Origin: Thermoguttaceae bacterium
GTDB lineage: Bacteria; Planctomycetota; Planctomycetia; Pirellulales; Thermoguttaceae
NCBI GenBank assembly: GCA_031548645.1
Contig: JAVBQX010000014.1
Location: 13,392-77,391 of the forward strand
DNA length: 64,000 nucleotides
Direction: 5' to 3'
A model generated the notes under the pieces. That model did no database searches and had not been told where the DNA came from. It saw nothing but the letters and a program-made list of their open reading frames with translations. A program made the translations under genes and the position numbers. Shown here piece by piece: positions 16,479-25,046 of this stretch (position 1 is the stretch's first letter; the number at the start of each line of letters is the position of its first letter).

Positions 16479-18206
16479 GTGATGATCAGGGACTACCGAA
16501 ACGCGGTGATGAAGGAATTGCGCGATCAACTGGTTCGTTACGCTCCGAAAGACAAAAAAATATCGCAAATGGACCGCGCCGAGGAGCTTCTGCGCGAACT
16601 CCGGGACGATATTGAATATTCTTACAAATACGTCTCTCTCCGCATCACGGAATTTCAAACGGAAATTTTCGAAGACGTGACGATGGAGGCCGCGGACCTT
16701 CGGGCCGACCTGTTGATGTTGATCGAAGACCTTTCCGATTCGGTTGACATTACGAACGATACGATGCCGGAAAAAGTCTGGACCATCAACGAGTTGTGCA
16801 AGCGGTTCAACGTGGCCTCGAAAACGATTTCGCGCTGGCGGAAGAGTACGCTTTGCGGTCGCAAATTCCTTTTCGACGGCAAGCGTCGCATCGGTTTTCT
16901 CGACAGTTCCGTCGATTGGTTCGTGAAGGACAACCCGGAACGCGTCGAACGCAGCAGTCGGTTCAGTCAATTGTCCGAAACCGAAAAGCAACAGTTCGTC
17001 AAAAAAGGCCGCGAACTCGCCTCCTTGGGCATCACACCGACCGAAGTGGCGCGACGCCTGGCCCAAAGCAGCGGCCGCAGCGTCGAGACGATTCGTTACA
17101 CGCTGAAAACCTTCGACGAGAACAACGCGGACATTCCGTTGTTTTCCCGCCGAAACGAACCGTTGCGCGATGAAACGAAACACCAGATTTTTCGCAGTTA
17201 CCGTCACGGCGATACGATTCAATCGCTGGCCTTCAAGCACCACCGGACCGTCGGGAGCATTTACCGCATCGTCGGCCAGATGAGGGCGGAACGCATTCGC
17301 CAGTTGCCCATTGATTACATCGACAGCCCGGAATTCGACATGATCCGTAGCGGCAACGAGGAAAAGCGCGTTTGCGGACCGATCCCGCCGCCGCAAATCG
17401 GCCTTGACACAGGCGAAAAGACAAGCCGTGTACCGGCGCGATTACCGGAAGGACTGCCGCCCTACCTGGCCCGGCTGTACGACGTGCCGCTGCTCACCCC
17501 GGAACAGGAACTGCACTTGTTCCGCAAGATGAATTACCTGAAGTACAAGGCCGCCGTGCTTCGCGATTCGTTGAATCCCGACCGCCCCAACGCCCACACG
17601 ATGCGGCAGATCGAGCAGTTTTACGACCAGGCGATTGAGACGAAAAACGAGATCGTATCGGCGAACCTGCGGCTGGTCGTTTCGATCGCCAAGCGGCACG
17701 TCGGGCCCATGACCAACCTGTTCGAATTGATCAGCGACGGCAACCTTTCGCTGATTCGGGCGGTTGAAAAATTCGACTATACCCGCGGGAACCGCTTCAG
17801 CACCTACGCGACGTGGGCCATCATGCGCAACTTCGCACGCACGATCCCCGATGAAAAACGCTACCACGAGCGATTCCTGCTGACCGACTCCGATATTTTC
17901 GAACTGGCTGTCGACGAACGCGCGGACATTTCGTTCGAGGAAAAAAATCAGCTCGAACGCGAGGCCCAGGTCGACCGGTTCCTGCGGGAACTCGACGACC
18001 GCGAACAGCATATCATCGTCAACCGTTTCGGATTGGGGCAAGTCGCGCAGCCGCAGACGCTCCGACAAGTCGGCACCGAAATGGGGGTCACCAAGGAACG
18101 CATCCGGCAGATTGAAACCCGCGCCCTGGCAAAACTGCGAAAGGCCGCCGAGGGGGAATCGCTTGACATTCCCGAATTAAAATATCGTGGTGACGATATA
18201 AGATGA
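16479..18206 (+). CDS. sigma-70 family RNA polymerase sigma factor (RpoD-like core, long N-terminal extension)
   Basis: Regions 2-4 are recognisable: NLRLVVSIAKRHVG, LISDGNLSLIRAVEKFDYTRGNRFSTYATWAIMRNFARTI and TLRQVGTEMGVTKERIRQIETRALAKLR. The gene is preceded by GAGAGGAGGGAG. About 330 aa lie N-terminal to region 1.2. Confidence 0.9.
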   Translation: MMIRDYRNAVMKELRDQLVRYAPKDKKISQMDRAEELLRELRDDIEYSYKYVSLRITEFQTEIFEDVTMEAADLRADLLMLIEDLSDSVDITNDTMPEKVWTINELCKRFNVASKTISRWRKSTLCGRKFLFDGKRRIGFLDSSVDWFVKDNPERVERSSRFSQLSETEKQQFVKKGRELASLGITPTEVARRLAQSSGRSVETIRYTLKTFDENNADIPLFSRRNEPLRDETKHQIFRSYRHGDTIQSLAFKHHRTVGSIYRIVGQMRAERIRQLPIDYIDSPEFDMIRSGNEEKRVCGPIPPPQIGLDTGEKTSRVPARLPEGLPPYLARLYDVPLLTPEQELHLFRKMNYLKYKAAVLRDSLNPDRPNAHTMRQIEQFYDQAIETKNEIVSANLRLVVSIAKRHVGPMTNLFELISDGNLSLIRAVEKFDYTRGNRFSTYATWAIMRNFARTIPDEKRYHERFLLTDSDIFELAVDERADISFEEKNQLEREAQVDRFLRELDDREQHIIVNRFGLGQVAQPQTLRQVGTEMGVTKERIRQIETRALAKLRKAAEGESLDIPELKYRGDDIR

Positions 18207-18237
18207 TTCCCTCCCGATTTGAAAGCCCCCTTGCCTG

Positions 18238-18264
18238 CCCGGAGACATACAGCATCCGGGTTTT
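18238..18264 (+). terminator. putative intrinsic terminator after the sigma factor gene
   Basis: A cccgga / tccggg stem (6 bp, 11-nt loop) is followed by TTTT. It lies between the convergent sigma factor and trmB genes. Confidence 0.4.
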
Positions 18265-18315
18265 CAAGACGAACCAATCATGGAGAAATTATTTTTTGAC
18301 TGTTTCCATGTCGTT

Positions 18316-18972
18316 TCAGAAGGCAGTGGGACGCGACTTGATAAACAGCGAGCGGTACACCGGCTCACCGTGCAGACGGGTGCGGCGTTCGAAGTGCGTC
18401 CTGTAATCGAAATCGTGTTCTGCAGCGTGTTCGTCGATCTCGAACGGGCCGTCAAACCCCGGCACACGGGCGATGCTTTGCAGGCCGGCGAGGAAATATT
18501 CCTGCACGTCGGTCCAGAAATGCAGTTTGCCGCCGGGTATGAGTTTTTGATGCACCAAGCCGATGACCGCCTCGCAGACGATGCGGCGTTTCCGGTGTCG
18601 GCGTTTCCACCACGGGTCGGGGAAATAAATGTGTACCGCGGCCAGGGATTGATCCGGGATTCGTTCACGCAGCACGGACTGTGCGTCGCCGCAAACCATC
18701 AGCGCATTGGTCAATTGCTTTTTCGCGATCAAGACCGCGCAGTGTTTCGCGTATTTTTTCGAAATTTCTATGCCGAGAAAATCATGAGCCGGCAATGCCG
18801 CGGCGGCCTGCGTGATGAAAAGTCCGCGGCCGGAACCGATTTCCAGTTCGAGCGGGGCGACGCGTTCGAACAAAGCTTTTGCGTCCCACGGTTGCGGAAG
18901 ATCATCCGGCAACAGGGCCTCGACTTCCGGCGGAAGATGCGTCAACGCGACTTGATGGGAACGCTTTCTCAT
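18316..18972 (-). CDS. trmB: tRNA (guanine46-N7)-methyltransferase
   Basis: Contains LEIGSGRGLFITQAA, FLGIEISKKYA and IYFPDPWWKRRHRKRR. I placed the start at the ATG at 18972 (MRKRSHQV...), because the tracked start at 19113 would overlap the fabZ-like gene. Confidence 0.9.
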   Translation of the reverse strand: MRKRSHQVALTHLPPEVEALLPDDLPQPWDAKALFERVAPLELEIGSGRGLFITQAAAALPAHDFLGIEISKKYAKHCAVLIAKKQLTNALMVCGDAQSVLRERIPDQSLAAVHIYFPDPWWKRRHRKRRIVCEAVIGLVHQKLIPGGKLHFWTDVQEYFLAGLQSIARVPGFDGPFEIDEHAAEHDFDYRTHFERRTRLHGEPVYRSLFIKSRPTAF

Positions 18973-19033
18973 GTCGTGCGAAATTGAAAGAGAGAATAAA
19001 GACGATGGTAGACGACCGGCGCCGGAAAAAACG

Positions 19034-19561
19034 CTAAAGTTCCGCTTCCAGATTGAGCGGTACGCCCTTGATGATCCCTTCGCAGACCAGTTCATCGTTG
19101 ACCAAGCCGACAAAATGGGCCGTAATCAGAATTCGTCGGGCCGTGATGAGTTTAGCCTGCATGATCAAGCGGTCGCCGGGCCTAACCATTCCACGAAAGC
19201 GGACTTTGTCCAGTCCGGCAAAGCCCATCGTGGCCGAAGCATCCATGATTTGGTGTTTCGTCGTAAAATAACTCGCCAATTGAGCCGCCACCTCACACAT
19301 GATCACACCCGGCATGAGGGCGAAACTCGGCATGTGACCCCGGACCCAAAACTCCTTGTCGGAAATATCCTTGTACCCAACGCAAGAAAAGTTTTCGGGA
19401 TTTTCGTAAAGAACCGCCGTCAACTGCTCCATTTCAAAGCGTTGTTGATTATATTTTCGAATTTCGTCGATTTCCGCCACAGGCTTATTCACGTCATAGC
19501 ACGAAGAATCGACGAGCAACTCTTTTTTACCCAACACCCAACTCCGTAATGGTTTATGCAA
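19034..19561 (-). CDS. fabZ: 3-hydroxyacyl-ACP dehydratase, FabZ family
   Basis: Has the hotdog-fold signature FWVRGHMPSFALMPGVIMCEVAAQL (compare the FabZ motif F.GHFP..PvmPGVL.iEa.AQ) and VRFRGMVRPGDRL. The N-terminal PHRYPF motif is divergent, so I use a family-level call. Confidence 0.75.
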   Translation of the reverse strand: MHKPLRSWVLGKKELLVDSSCYDVNKPVAEIDEIRKYNQQRFEMEQLTAVLYENPENFSCVGYKDISDKEFWVRGHMPSFALMPGVIMCEVAAQLASYFTTKHQIMDASATMGFAGLDKVRFRGMVRPGDRLIMQAKLITARRILITAHFVGLVNDELVCEGIIKGVPLNLEAEL

Positions 19562-19635
19562 TTGAGATTAATTCGACCCATGTAATATTCATACGTATGA
19601 ATTGCGTATTAATACACGTCGAATTTCAAATTATT

Positions 19636-19734
19636 TCAGGTTTTCACCTTATGGCGTTTCGCCTTACGCATTTTGGAACTGGCGGGGCGTTTGCCATGAT
19701 TGGCTTTTTTCACTTTATGTTGCGGTTTTGACAT
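19636..19734 (-). CDS. small basic protein (32 aa), possibly bL37-like ribosomal peptide
   Basis: Too short for the ORF track. My translation is MSKPQHKVKKANHGKRPASSKMRKAKRHKVKT*. AAGGA lies about 12 nt upstream. The ORF sits 74 nt upstream of the fabZ-like gene on the same strand. The KANHGKRP core matches my recollection of actinobacterial bL37. Confidence 0.4.
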   Translation of the reverse strand: MSKPQHKVKKANHGKRPASSKMRKAKRHKVKT

Positions 19735-19946
19735 CTGAGAAACATTCCTTGATATAAACTATTGATTTTATTGCAATTGCGTCGAAAGCAATCGTGCTGA
19801 AAACATATCGATCTTCAATTGGAAAGATTTTTTCTCACGAATTTTGACATTATACATGCAAGTAGCCGGCTGAAAAGCCCCCGATAATGACAACTTGCGA
19901 AAATACGTCACATTGCAGGAGAAAGCCGCCCGGTGTTTTTTGCGTA

Positions 19947-21119
19947 TCATTTTCCGGTCGTCCCGACTTCCTTTTTGCACTCACCCAACACCATGAGGAC
20001 GTAGCCGGTGACGAGGTTCGGATCGCCCTCCATCCAGAGGCGTTCGGCGTTGACCCACGAGCCGTCTTCGCGCTGGCGCATCGAAAACATTTGGATCAGT
20101 TCGGCCCGCCAGTCGTGTTCGACGCCGTCTTCGGAGACGAAGCTGTCCCAACCTGTCACGGCAAGCGTTTTGCCCATCATCTGGTAATAATAGAACAACC
20201 CTCGCTGCCCCATACCGGGATTCGATTCGAGATCGTAATGCTTTTGGAGCCATGACACCGCCGCCCGGTAACGCGGGTCGGACGGGGTCAGTCCGGCGTA
20301 AATCAGGCTCTTGAAACCCGCGTAGGTCATCGACCCGTAACTGCGGAGTCCGCCGTCGGCCGTTTCGCCCGCGGGACTTTCGCCGCCGTTTGCGGCCGTG
20401 TAATAAAAACCGCCGTCGGGGTTTTTGAGCACTTTCGGCGATTCGTTGTGTTCCGATTCGAAATTCTGGCATCGTGATACGAAGACGAGCGCCTTTTGAA
20501 TGGCCGGATCGTCGGCCCCCTTGCTCGTGATGCGAAGCGCTTCGATGAGAAATTCGGTGTTCGAGAGATCGGCCCGACCGTCACCGCCGTAACCGACGCC
20601 GCCGTAATTCGGGTCGCCGGGCGAATGCCCGTTGGCCTCGGTGTACTGCTGCCCGCGCATGAAGGCGTCGGCCCGTTTGATGATGTCGTCATACACCCCG
20701 CCGTTGTTGGCCAGCGACAGGGCCAGCATGACGACGCAGGTTTCGTAATTGACGATCTGCTCGCCGGGCGAAGCGAAGGCCCCGCTTTCCTTCGCGAAGG
20801 TCATCAGATAGTCGATCGCCTTTTTAACCATCGGGTCGTCCGGGGCGACGCCGACCTTGAGCAGCCCGACGGTCGCCACCGCCGTCGGCCCGATCCCCGA
20901 ACGCGGATGCGTCGAAAACGAACCGCTTGCCAATTGTTGCGTCCGTAAATAGGCGATGCCCTTGTCGATCATGACCTGCCGCATCGTTTCGAGTTCCGCG
21001 TCCGACTTTTTCGCCGTTTGAGCCGCAACGGGGTCTTGAAGCATCATCGCTCCGATCATCACGACCGGCATCAAAATCACGCAATATGCTGTTTTCATCA
21101 TTATTTCAATCTCTCTCAT
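19947..21119 (-). CDS. secreted prenyltransferase/squalene-oxidase repeat (alpha-alpha toroid) protein
   Basis: Signal peptide (MMKTAYCVILMPVVMIGAMML...AAQ). It has repeated QxxxGxF/W-type motifs (QQLASGSFS, ESGAFAS, PDGGFYY, REDGSWVN) and YGGVGYGGDGRADLSNTEFLIEAL. The start may be the ATG at 21101. Confidence 0.8.
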   Translation of the reverse strand: MREIEIMMKTAYCVILMPVVMIGAMMLQDPVAAQTAKKSDAELETMRQVMIDKGIAYLRTQQLASGSFSTHPRSGIGPTAVATVGLLKVGVAPDDPMVKKAIDYLMTFAKESGAFASPGEQIVNYETCVVMLALSLANNGGVYDDIIKRADAFMRGQQYTEANGHSPGDPNYGGVGYGGDGRADLSNTEFLIEALRITSKGADDPAIQKALVFVSRCQNFESEHNESPKVLKNPDGGFYYTAANGGESPAGETADGGLRSYGSMTYAGFKSLIYAGLTPSDPRYRAAVSWLQKHYDLESNPGMGQRGLFYYYQMMGKTLAVTGWDSFVSEDGVEHDWRAELIQMFSMRQREDGSWVNAERLWMEGDPNLVTGYVLMVLGECKKEVGTTGK

Positions 21120-21291
21120 ATCAAATACAATACAAGCATCTTATTCCTTTGATGATACTTTAATTTTCGGCTGCAATCAACCTGCGGAAATGGAAAGTGA
21201 TAAGTCGTGCCAAGTTTATGAAGGTGGGGCGACGACCTTTTTTCGTTGTTTCCAAACAAGTCGCTTGACTTTTCCGGTCCATTTTGATTTG

Positions 21292-21319
21292 TTGACCGGG
21301 GATTCCGTTATGGTAGAAT
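21292..21319 (+). promoter_or_regulatory. putative sigma-70-type promoter of icd (-35 TTGACC, 16-nt spacer, TGg-TAGAAT extended -10)
   Basis: Reads TTGACC-ggggattccgttatgg-TAGAAT, about 110 nt upstream of the ATG at 21430. Confidence 0.35.
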
Positions 21320-21429
21320 AATATTTTTAAAACATAGTCCACGGGAAAACGCTGGTCATGAGACTTCATTCCTTGGGCTCACACAGACAAAATTGATTTT
21401 TGATTCAAAATAATAGAAAGGCGAATGAC

Positions 21430-22548
21430 ATGGCCCATGATGTGACTTTGATTCTTGGAGACGGGACGGGACCGGATTTGGCCGCGGCCGCGCGGCAGTG
21501 CGTTGACGCGACCGGCGTGAAAATCAACTGGGATTTGCAGGAAGCCGGCGTCGACGTCATGGCCAAAACCGGCAATCCGCTGCCCGATTCGGTTCTGGAA
21601 AGCGTGCGGCGGACCCGTTGCGCGCTCAAAGCCCCGATCACAACGCCCGTCGGAACCGGCTTCCGCAGCATCAACGTGTTTCTGCGCCAGGAATTGGGGC
21701 TGTTCGCCTGCATCCGCCCGTGCAAATATTACCCCGGCGTCCGGACGCTGTACGACAAAACGCCGGTCGACATCGTCATCGTTCGCGAAAACACGGAAGA
21801 CCTGTACGCGGGCATCGAATTTGAACGCGGCGACGCGAAAACGGCCGAACTGATCGCCGAAATCAATCGCTTGGCCACGGGCCGCAAAATTTCGACCGGG
21901 CCGGAGGAAACGGGCATCTCGATCAAACCGATCAGCGTGACCGGCTCGAAGCGGATCGTGAAATGCGCCTTCGATTACGCGCGGGAAAACGGCCGCAAAA
22001 AGGTGACCGCCGTGCACAAGGCCAATATCATGAAATTCAGCGACGGGCTGTATCTGGAAACGGCCCGCGAAGTGGCCAAGGGTTACCCGGACATCGAATT
22101 CGAAGACCGCATCGTCGACAACATGTGCATGCAGCTCGTACAGAAGCCGGAATTGTATGATGTGGTCGTGCTGCCGAACTTGTACGGCGACATTTTGAGC
22201 GACCTGGCCGCGGGACTGGTCGGCGGACTGGGCGTCGCGCCGGGAGCGAACCTCGGACCGGACGGCGCGGTGTTCGAAGCGACGCACGGGAGCGCCCCCA
22301 AGTACAAGGGGCTCAACAAGGTCAATCCGACCGCCGTGATTCTTTCCGGCATGTTGATGCTCAAGCATCTCGGCGAAAAGGACGCGGCCACGCGGCTGGA
22401 AAACGCCGTCGCGGCGGTCATCGCCGAAGGGAAATCGGTGACCTACGACATGAAAGCCGATCGCAACGACCCGACCGCCGTCGGTACGCGCGAAATGGAC
22501 GACGCCATTTGCGCGAAACTCGGTTGTCGAACGCATCGGCCGAGGTAG
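21430..22548 (+). CDS. icd: isocitrate dehydrogenase (isocitrate/isopropylmalate dehydrogenase family)
   Basis: Contains [44 protein letters not shown] and [20 protein letters not shown] placed the start at the ATG at 21430, which follows GAAAGG. Confidence 0.9.
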   Translation: MAHDVTLILGDGTGPDLAAAARQCVDATGVKINWDLQEAGVDVMAKTGNPLPDSVLESVRRTRCALKAPITTPVGTGFRSINVFLRQELGLFACIRPCKYYPGVRTLYDKTPVDIVIVRENTEDLYAGIEFERGDAKTAELIAEINRLATGRKISTGPEETGISIKPISVTGSKRIVKCAFDYARENGRKKVTAVHKANIMKFSDGLYLETAREVAKGYPDIEFEDRIVDNMCMQLVQKPELYDVVVLPNLYGDILSDLAAGLVGGLGVAPGANLGPDGAVFEATHGSAPKYKGLNKVNPTAVILSGMLMLKHLGEKDAATRLENAVAAVIAEGKSVTYDMKADRNDPTAVGTREMDDAICAKLGCRTHRPR

Positions 22549-22569
22549 GGCGGTCACGCCGTGACCGCC
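22545..22569 (+). repeat. GTAG-headed REP-like hairpin (GTAG-GGCGGTCAC-gcc-GTGACCGCC)
   Basis: Perfect 9-bp stem with a 3-nt loop. The TAG of the GTAG head is the icd stop codon. Near-identical units in the opposite orientation are at 42247-42271 and 60282-60306, and variants are at 48969-49022. Confidence 0.85.
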
Positions 22570-22754
22570 GAAATGACAGACGGAAACGCAGCGCAGCGGA
22601 GTGACCGGAGAGATGCCCCGCAAAGCAGAAAGCACATTGATACCCGAAAAATTCTGAACGGCAAAACGAAAACCCCAAATCCGCTTACACAAACGGACTC
22701 GCCCCACACCGGTCACTCCGTTCGCTGCGCTCACTGCGTTCCCGGCTGCCATTC
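22570..22754 (+). mobile_element. MITE-like element of about 185 bp (family 180-TIR), copy A
   Basis: The terminal inverted repeats of about 40 nt are gaaatgacagacggaaacgcagcgcagcggagtgaccgg and ccggtcactccgttcgctgcgctcactgcgttcccggctgccattc. It aligns with 61930-62112 in the same orientation and with 58689-58863 in reverse. I see no coding capacity. Confidence 0.8.
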
Positions 22755-22816
22755 ATACGGATTGATTTCCGGCAGAATCCTGATTCCGAAATTTTTTCAT
22801 TTCCAACAAGGAGCCA

Positions 22817-24754
22817 TTGATGTCGTTTGCGAATCCCAATACGTCGGCCCAGGCCGTGCCGGGCACGGAGACGCCCTGCTACATGTTTGAAACGAGCGAC
22901 GCGGCTTCGAAGCACGTGGCGCAGTTGATCGCCAACACGATCCGCGAACGCAACGCCTTGGGACATGTCGCCATCCTGGGACTGGTCGCCGGCTCGACGC
23001 CGATCGGCGTTTACCGCGAACTCGTCCGCCTGCGCCGCGAGGAAGGGCTCGACATGTCGCGCGTGATGACCTTCAGCATCAACGAGTATTACGGCCTCGA
23101 AAAGGAACAGGCCCAAAGCCAGACTCGCATCATGCAGGACGCCTTGTTCAAATACGTCAATATTCCGGAAAACAATATTCACGTCTTTGACACGTCGGTG
23201 CCGCAGGCGGAAGCGGACAAGTATTGCTTCCGTTACGATGAGGCGATTCGTTCGGCGGGCTCGTTCGACCTGGTCATTCTGGGTGTCGGCCCCAACGGGA
23301 GCATCGGTTTCAACGAGCCCTACACGTCGATCCGGAGCAAAACGCGGCTGACGACGCTCGATCCGATCACGCGGCAGGCGGCCGCGTCCGACTTTTTCAG
23401 CGAAACCAACGTCCCCATGCAGGGGCTGACCGTCGGCATGGCGACCATCATGCAGGCGAAAAAAATTCTCGTCATGGCTTTCGGCGATCACAAGGCGAAA
23501 ATCATGAAACGCGTGGTCGAAGACAATCCGTCCGAAGCCGTCCCGGCAAGCCGGTTGCGCGATCACGCCGACATCAATTACCTCATCGACAAGCCCGCCG
23601 CCGCCGCGCTGACCTCCGTCATCACGCCCTGGGTCGTCATGAGCGTCACCTGGGATGACGCGATGATCAAGCGGGCCGTGCTCTGGCTCTGCGAACGTAC
23701 GCAAAAGGCGCTCCTGAAACTGACCGACGACGATTTTCGCGATCACGGATTGCACCAACTCCTGCGTTTGCATGGACCCGCCCCAAAACTTTGCCACAAT
23801 GTTTTCTTGTGGCTCAACGAGACGATTCAATATCACCCTTGCCAGAATAACCATGAAACTGATAAAGATGATCTTGATAATCATGTTGATCAACTAAGAA
23901 ACGTCCTTTGTTTCAGCCCGCATCCGGATGATGACGTCATCAGCATGGGCGGAACCATGATTCGCCTTGTTGAAGATGGCAACTGCCTGCATGTCGCTTA
24001 CATGACCAGCGGAAACATCGCCGTACATGATCATGATACCATGCGGATAGCTAATTTAATGACTCAAGTTAATAAACAATATGGCATTGACGTTGAGAAA
24101 TCGGTCGATCTGAACAGGCATATCCAACAATCGCTTGAGTCGAAAAAACCCGGCATGGGCGATGCCGCCGAAGTGCTTGAATTGAAACGCATGATCCGGC
24201 AAAGCGAGGCGGAAGAAGCGGCTCGGGTATGCGGTTGCCGCCAGGAAGATTTGCATTTTTTGAACCTGCCATTCTACCAGACCGGAACAATTGATAAAAA
24301 ACCGCCGTCGCAGGAAGATTATGATATCGTGCGTCGATGTATTGAAGAGGTCGCCCCGCGTCAGGTCTATGTAGCAGGCGACATGACCGACCCGCACGGA
24401 ACGCACCGGGTTTGTGCCGTGATCATATTGCGGGTCTTGCAGCAGATGCGCCAGGAAGGTCTTGATTTGCCCGACGTCCTGTTGTACCGGGGTGCCTGGC
24501 AGGAATGGCCGCTGGACCAGATTGAGATCGCCGTTCCGTTGAGCCCCGGTGACCTGGAACGGAAAAAAAGTGCCATTTTCCGGCACGAAACGCAGAAAGA
24601 CCGCGCCCTTTTCCCCGGCTCCGATACCCGTGAGTTCTGGCAGCGAGCCGAAGACCGCAACAGGAACACCGCGCTGCTGTACAACCAGATCGGTTTGCCC
24701 GAATATTACGCGCTCGAAGCCTTCGTCCGCTGGAACGGTACGTTTGACTTTTGA
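22817..24754 (+). CDS. nagB: glucosamine-6-phosphate deaminase fused to a PIG-L/LmbE-family deacetylase domain
   Basis: The N-terminal half has the NagB motifs (ILGLVAGSTPIGVYRELV, FDLVILGVGPNGSIGFNEP). The C-terminal half has LCFSPHPDDDVISMGGTMIRL and DPHGTHRVC, which are PIG-L family metal-site motifs. Confidence 0.9.
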   Translation: MMSFANPNTSAQAVPGTETPCYMFETSDAASKHVAQLIANTIRERNALGHVAILGLVAGSTPIGVYRELVRLRREEGLDMSRVMTFSINEYYGLEKEQAQSQTRIMQDALFKYVNIPENNIHVFDTSVPQAEADKYCFRYDEAIRSAGSFDLVILGVGPNGSIGFNEPYTSIRSKTRLTTLDPITRQAAASDFFSETNVPMQGLTVGMATIMQAKKILVMAFGDHKAKIMKRVVEDNPSEAVPASRLRDHADINYLIDKPAAAALTSVITPWVVMSVTWDDAMIKRAVLWLCERTQKALLKLTDDDFRDHGLHQLLRLHGPAPKLCHNVFLWLNETIQYHPCQNNHETDKDDLDNHVDQLRNVLCFSPHPDDDVISMGGTMIRLVEDGNCLHVAYMTSGNIAVHDHDTMRIANLMTQVNKQYGIDVEKSVDLNRHIQQSLESKKPGMGDAAEVLELKRMIRQSEAEEAARVCGCRQEDLHFLNLPFYQTGTIDKKPPSQEDYDIVRRCIEEVAPRQVYVAGDMTDPHGTHRVCAVIILRVLQQMRQEGLDLPDVLLYRGAWQEWPLDQIEIAVPLSPGDLERKKSAIFRHETQKDRALFPGSDTREFWQRAEDRNRNTALLYNQIGLPEYYALEAFVRWNGTFDF

Positions 24755-24776
24755 TTCGCCGCACACACTCCCCATC

Positions 24777-24992
24777 ATGAACGAAGACCAGGTTTTGAAC
24801 ATCGGCCTCATGGCCGGTCGCATTTGGCACGAACTGGACATCAACGGTTCGATGAGCGTCAGCGCGCTGGTGCGGCGGATCGATTGCCCCCGCGATTACG
24901 TCATGGAAGGCATCGGCTGGCTCGCCCGGGAAGGCAAAATTTCGATTCGCGACGAAGGCCGCGTCCGCATGCTCACCCTCGAAAAGCAGTGA
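24777..24992 (+). CDS. small winged-helix protein (DUF2582-like)
   Basis: 71 codons from the ATG at 24777, lying inside the tracked ORF 24549..24992: MNEDQVLNIGLMAGRIWHELDINGSMSVSALVRRIDCPRDYVMEGIGWLAREGKISI. The IW..L......S...L......e...aiGWLAREgKI pattern matches my memory of the DUF2582 wHTH family. Confidence 0.6.
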   Translation: MNEDQVLNIGLMAGRIWHELDINGSMSVSALVRRIDCPRDYVMEGIGWLAREGKISIRDEGRVRMLTLEKQ

Positions 24993-25046
24993 CGGTGTTG
25001 CACGCAGGAGGTATTTCGACGGGGCAGTTCAGCTGCAATCGACAGC

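Noticed and set aside
21379-22752. Long antisense ORFs opposite real genes. Besides this one, they include 707..1933, 11259..12755, 16416..17396, 22685..23893, 38004..39770, 55409..56458 and 60944..62110.
   Set aside because: All are Arg/Gly/Phe/His-rich shadow frames opposite genes with clear family motifs (icd, hemA, the sigma factor, nagB, TolC-like, miaA, FadL-like). Several begin inside TIR repeats, giving the MAAGNA... starts.
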